Of a DNA stretch of 57,673 nucleotides, positions 53,981-57,673 are shown one piece after another; position 1 is the first letter of the stretch, and the number at the start of each line of letters is the position of its first letter. A program made the translations under genes and the position numbers. The stretch spans positions 1 through 57,673 of the forward strand of contig CAWKBC010000002.1 of the NCBI GenBank assembly GCA_963847705.1, in the 5' to 3' direction. This DNA is from an uncultured Pseudomonadota bacterium (lineage in GTDB: Bacteria > Myxococcota_A > Polyangia > Fen-1088). The notes beneath the pieces were generated by a model that searched no databases, was not told where the DNA came from, and worked only from the letters and a program-made list of their open reading frames with translations.

Positions 53981-54835
53981 ATGGAAATGAAAACCGTGTT
54001 GATTACCGGGGCAGGATCCGGCTTCGGACATGAAGTGGCGATGCGAATGGCAGAGAAGGGCTTCCATGTGATCGCCGCGGTGGAAATCTACGCTCAGATC
54101 CAGCCCCTCAAGCGTGAAGCCGCCGCACGCAAGGTGCGCCTGCAAGTCGAGAAGCTGGACGTCACGGACAGTGGGGATCGTAAGAAGGCGCTGTCGTGGA
54201 ACGTCGAAATTCTGGTGAACAATGCGGGGCTCCTGGAGGGCGGCTCCGTTCTGGACATCCCGGCGCTCAACATGCGCAGGGAATTCGAGATCAACGTCGT
54301 CGGACCGCTCCTCTTGACTCAAGGGATCGCCAAACAGATGGTCAAGCGCGGCAAGGGAAGAATCGTGTGGGTGTCCTCGCGAGAAGGTCTGAACGTCAAC
54401 CCGTTCACAGGAATCTATGCCGCTTCCAAGCATGCCGTCGAAGCCATCGCCGAAACGATGAGCTTGGAGCTCCAGGAGTTTGGGATCGAGGTGGCCACCA
54501 TCAATCCGGGCCCCTTCCTCACGGGCTTCAACGATCGTGGATTCGAAACCTGGCGGAGCTGGGAAGACGAGCCTTCCGAGCGACTGTTTGACTACTCGAA
54601 ACTGGCGTTCCCTCGGGCGCAGTTTGACCCCGAGCCGGTTTACGCCACGATGACGGCGGTCGCTGCGGGTGAGATCGACACCTATCGCAACCTCGAGCCC
54701 AAGTCGATGATGGCGGAGACCAAGAGCAACATGGAAGCGCCCTGGAATCGGAAGGTGCGGGACGGTCTCGGGTCTCGGCCTGTCAGCCTTCAGAAATCAT
54801 ACGAGATGAAGCCCGAAACCCCTGTCTCTCGGTGA
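53981..54835 (+). CDS. Short-chain dehydrogenase/reductase
   Basis: [28 protein letters not shown]. Confidence 0.93.
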   Translation: MEMKTVLITGAGSGFGHEVAMRMAEKGFHVIAAVEIYAQIQPLKREAAARKVRLQVEKLDVTDSGDRKKALSWNVEILVNNAGLLEGGSVLDIPALNMRREFEINVVGPLLLTQGIAKQMVKRGKGRIVWVSSREGLNVNPFTGIYAASKHAVEAIAETMSLELQEFGIEVATINPGPFLTGFNDRGFETWRSWEDEPSERLFDYSKLAFPRAQFDPEPVYATMTAVAAGEIDTYRNLEPKSMMAETKSNMEAPWNRKVRDGLGSRPVSLQKSYEMKPETPVSR

Positions 54836-55064
54836 CCGTCGAGGGAGCGCGCCTGATCGGCGATCCACCCTGGAGGCCGGTCGACATCGTGTTTCGAGAT
54901 GACTCCCCAATCAATTTCGAATCGGATGATCAACGGTCGGCGACGGGAAAACCCGCGCGCCCGCACCAAAACGGGAAGTGACGACACTCACGCCGTGAGA
55001 GATCCGCGTCGTAACGTCCTCCAAGATCCTGGCATGCCGCTGGGATTGCGGGGTACAAGGGCCT

Positions 55065-55469
55065 GTGCGCATCCTCGGTCTCCTCTCGCTCATCTTCCTC
55101 GCAGCCTGCGTCCCCGACCTCTCCACCATCTGCCCGCACAAGACGTCCATCACTCAGGGCGTGTTCGGCGGGATCGTGGACTCGAACAACACGCAAGAGC
55201 AGAACGTCGAAGTCGATCTCTACACGATGGAGAACGGGGTGCAGAGTGCGACGGCGACATTCACCACCGAGACGACCCGCGGCGGCTATGAGCTGAACGT
55301 CTCCCCCTCGACGTACATTCTGTGCGCGAAGAGCGTCTGCGGGACGGTCACGGTCCCCACCGGCCTCGTCGAATTCTCGGCGGTCGACGCCGCCTCCGGC
55401 CTGACCTGGGACGCACCGGTAGCGGTCCCGCCCGCGCAGATGGTCGGCCCCTGCACCTACGGCAACTGA
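55065..55469 (+). CDS. Small lipoprotein (beta-sandwich-like)
   Basis: Lipobox LAAC; ITQGVFG..GGYEL..YILC. Confidence 0.72.
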   Translation: MRILGLLSLIFLAACVPDLSTICPHKTSITQGVFGGIVDSNNTQEQNVEVDLYTMENGVQSATATFTTETTRGGYELNVSPSTYILCAKSVCGTVTVPTGLVEFSAVDAASGLTWDAPVAVPPAQMVGPCTYGN

Positions 55470-55924
55470 ACCCGAGCCGGCAGGCGTGATGCGCGCCTCC
55501 GCTGGCCTGGTTCAGAGCTGAGCCTTGGTGAGAGCTTGGGCGCCTCTCCCCTTGCGCCGTGCTCGACGCGCGACCATCGGCCGAGGGAACCCGCGCCGTT
55601 CGCCGGTGTCCTCCAGGAATGCTGACGCGCTCTCTGGTGGCGGCAACCATGGCGCTCGCCTTGGCCCGCGCGATCCCTTTCCTTGCCGAGGCACGCGCGG
55701 TGCTTGCCCGTCCGGCGCTGACGGCCCCCCAGCACAGGATCATCACGGGTTGCTTCGGGCAGGGCCCCGCCGACCCTGCAAACGAGGGCGGAATCCGGTA
55801 TCTGGGCGATCCAGGCGACAATCTGCTCGCCTCGCCGCCGCCCGACCTCGATCGTCACCCTCGCCGCGTGGGCCGGCGATTCCGGTGACACAAGCTGGCT
55901 TGCATCGCGCGCGCGTACAGCCCC

Positions 55925-57604
55925 TCAGGGGCTGCCTGTCGAGCTGTCAGCGGGGCACGCCACGAAGGCGTGGCTGTTCCCACTGGCGGTGATGCTCCCG
56001 CCGGCGACGCGGCCGGAGGCGTTGATCGCCGTCGCGCCGCTGGTAGTTCCGCCAAGCGTACCGAGGTCGGTCATTACCCCGGCCTGCCAGAGGAAGGCGT
56101 GGCTGTTCCCCGCCGCGGTCTGGCTGTTCCCCGCCACCTGGTCCGCGTCGTTGATCGCAACCACCGTGCTCGAGGCGCCGCCCAGCGTGCCGAGATCGAT
56201 CATCGTTCCCGCCTTCCAGAGGAAGGCGTGACCATCGCTGTTGCCGGCGACGTCGCCGGCCGCGTTGATCGAGACAGCCTCGCTGTACCCGCCCTGCAGC
56301 GTCCCGAGGTCTTGCATGACCCCCGCTGTCCAAAGAAACGCGTGCCTCGGGCCGCTGGCCGTCGCGCTGGTGCCGGCCACCTCGCTCGCGTCGTTGATGT
56401 CCACCCCCGACGCCCCGCCGGCGCCGAGGTTTCCAAGGTCATGTATCGAGGGGTTCCAGATGACGGCGCGTCCGCCGGAGTTCCCCACCGCCTGGCCGAG
56501 GCTGTTCGCCGCCGAGGCGGCGCTCCCCGTCGTGCTCACCCCGTCGATCGTGCCGAGATCGATGAACGCCGTCCCGAGGCTCGCCGGCCAGGTGACAGCG
56601 TGGATGGTGCGGATGTCTCCGGGTTGGACCTGCACCTGGGCGAAGGGCGCGCCGTTGTCCCCCACGAAGTTCACCGACATCTGGACGGGGAGTGCCACCC
56701 CGAACGTCGTCGGGCTCGGTGACGGCGCGTCCCACGCCGCGAAGCACGAGTGGCCGTTGCAGCTGCCCCCCACCGCCCCGATGGTACGACCGTTGTGGTT
56801 CATGGCTATCGCACGCGCCAAGCCGTACGCCCCGACGAGGGGGATCCTCGTGCCGCTTTGCCAGAAGAATGAGCCGCTCGTGGTGTTGGACGTCGACGTG
56901 GCAACCACGTTGCCGCGGTCGTCGATTCCGACTGCTGCGCTGTCCGTATCGCCTGGCAGGGTTCCGAGATCTATCAGCGTTCCCGGTGACGATGCACAGG
57001 TGATCGGGCCCCCCCCGGCGCCGGCACCTCCGGCTGCGCCGCCGACCCCCGCACCGCCCCCTCCCGTTGCGCCGCCGATTCCCGCGCCGGCACCTCCCGC
57101 TGCGCCGCCGACCCCCGCGCCGCCGCCGCCCGCAACACCCGACGCTCCCGCAGCACCAATCGTACCCGCAGCACCCAATGCTCCCGCAGCTCCCGACGCT
57201 CCCGCAGCACCGATCGTACCGGCGGCTCCAGCCGCTCCCGACGCTCCCGACGCTCCCGCAGCACCGATCGTACCGGCGGCTCCAGCCGCTCCCGACGCTC
57301 CCGCAGCACCGATCGTACCGGCAGCTCCAGCCGCTCCCGCAGCTCCCGACGCTCCCGCGACACCGATCGTACCGGCTGCTCCAGCCGCTCCCGCAGCACC
57401 CGACGCTCCCGCAGCGCCGGTCGTACCTGCGGCTCCAGCCGCACCGCCCACGCCACCAAGTCCCCCGGCACCGGATGCGCCCGCTGTCGTCCCAGCTGCG
57501 CCGCCCTCATTGCCGCCAGATCCGGCCGCGCCTCCGCCGCCAGCAGGGCCGCATCCCAATGCCAGAGCCCCACAGAAGACGATCACGACCGGATTCCATC
57601 TCAT
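55925..57604 (-). CDS. Lipoprotein with Gly/Ala repeat stalk and HAF-repeat (beta-propeller-like) domain
   Basis: Lipobox ALGC; repeated HAFLW..G.M.DLGTLGG..S.A.AIN..G.VAG. Confidence 0.9.
   Translation of the reverse strand: MRWNPVVIVFCGALALGCGPAGGGGAAGSGGNEGGAAGTTAGASGAGGLGGVGGAAGAAGTTGAAGASGAAGAAGAAGTIGVAGASGAAGAAGAAGTIGAAGASGAAGAAGTIGAAGASGASGAAGAAGTIGAAGASGAAGALGAAGTIGAAGASGVAGGGGAGVGGAAGGAGAGIGGATGGGGAGVGGAAGGAGAGGGPITCASSPGTLIDLGTLPGDTDSAAVGIDDRGNVVATSTSNTTSGSFFWQSGTRIPLVGAYGLARAIAMNHNGRTIGAVGGSCNGHSCFAAWDAPSPSPTTFGVALPVQMSVNFVGDNGAPFAQVQVQPGDIRTIHAVTWPASLGTAFIDLGTIDGVSTTGSAASAANSLGQAVGNSGGRAVIWNPSIHDLGNLGAGGASGVDINDASEVAGTSATASGPRHAFLWTAGVMQDLGTLQGGYSEAVSINAAGDVAGNSDGHAFLWKAGTMIDLGTLGGASSTVVAINDADQVAGNSQTAAGNSHAFLWQAGVMTDLGTLGGTTSGATAINASGRVAGGSITASGNSHAFVACPADSSTGSP
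57135..57445 (-). repeat. Coding 9-bp-based repeats (GAAGASGAAGAAGTI)n
   Basis: Recurring gctcccgacgctcccgcagcaccgatcgtaccggc units. Confidence 0.85.
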
Positions 57605-57634
57605 CCGGACAAAGTGCCATTTACGGGCCGTTCG

Positions 57635-57650
57635 AGCAATTGTCGTGCCC
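57635..57650 (-). promoter_or_regulatory. Sigma54 -24/-12 promoter for the HAF-repeat gene
   Basis: Minus strand GGGCACGACAATTGCT versus consensus TGGCACG-N4-TTGC, 30 bp upstream of the ATG. Confidence 0.65.
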
Positions 57651-57673
57651 GCGCCGGTCCCGCTCAGGCGTCC

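Noticed and set aside
55559-55888. 109-aa ORF as a gene
   Set aside because: No recognisable motif or RBS; cannot be supported from sequence alone

Overview
Very GC-rich, gene-dense chromosomal segment that looks like a myxobacterium (Myxococcota, probably Polyangia-like). This is inferred from the Gly/Thr-linker and Cys-rich lipoproteins, the PEGA-domain Ser/Thr kinase, the ECF sigma/TPR anti-sigma module and a myxobacterial-type Y1 HUH transposase. Housekeeping genes (engB, rimI, coaE, argD-argF, sodC, nirBD, hflKC) are mixed with accessory modules: a BlaI/M56 pair; a type III PKS-methyltransferase-FAD oxidoreductase cluster facing a UbiA prenyltransferase; a DUF2203-divergent folE-SDR-LON-N operon; an exported TldD/PmbA pair; a PL1 pectate lyase; an orphan NIT-domain protein; a fusion of a degenerate SLT domain with an M23 peptidase; an ABC exporter; and a fumC/malic-enzyme deletion chimera. 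Best candidates for an undescribed system: (1) 27.1-30.7 kb, two tandem proteins with a near-identical periplasmic N-domain but divergent predicted 8-strand beta-barrels, each behind a copy of the same ECF-type promoter and followed by an ECF sigma and a TM-TPR anti-sigma (putative TonB-independent surface signalling); (2) a FolE homologue that keeps its Zn ligands but has lost the His179 and several triphosphate-binding equivalents; (3) a kinase and its neighbour that both end in SEPAKL, encoded by different codons. Several isolated 1-bp frameshifts suggest sequencing/assembly errors. No rRNA, tRNA or CRISPR array was recognised. All calls come from reading motifs by eye, with no database searches.
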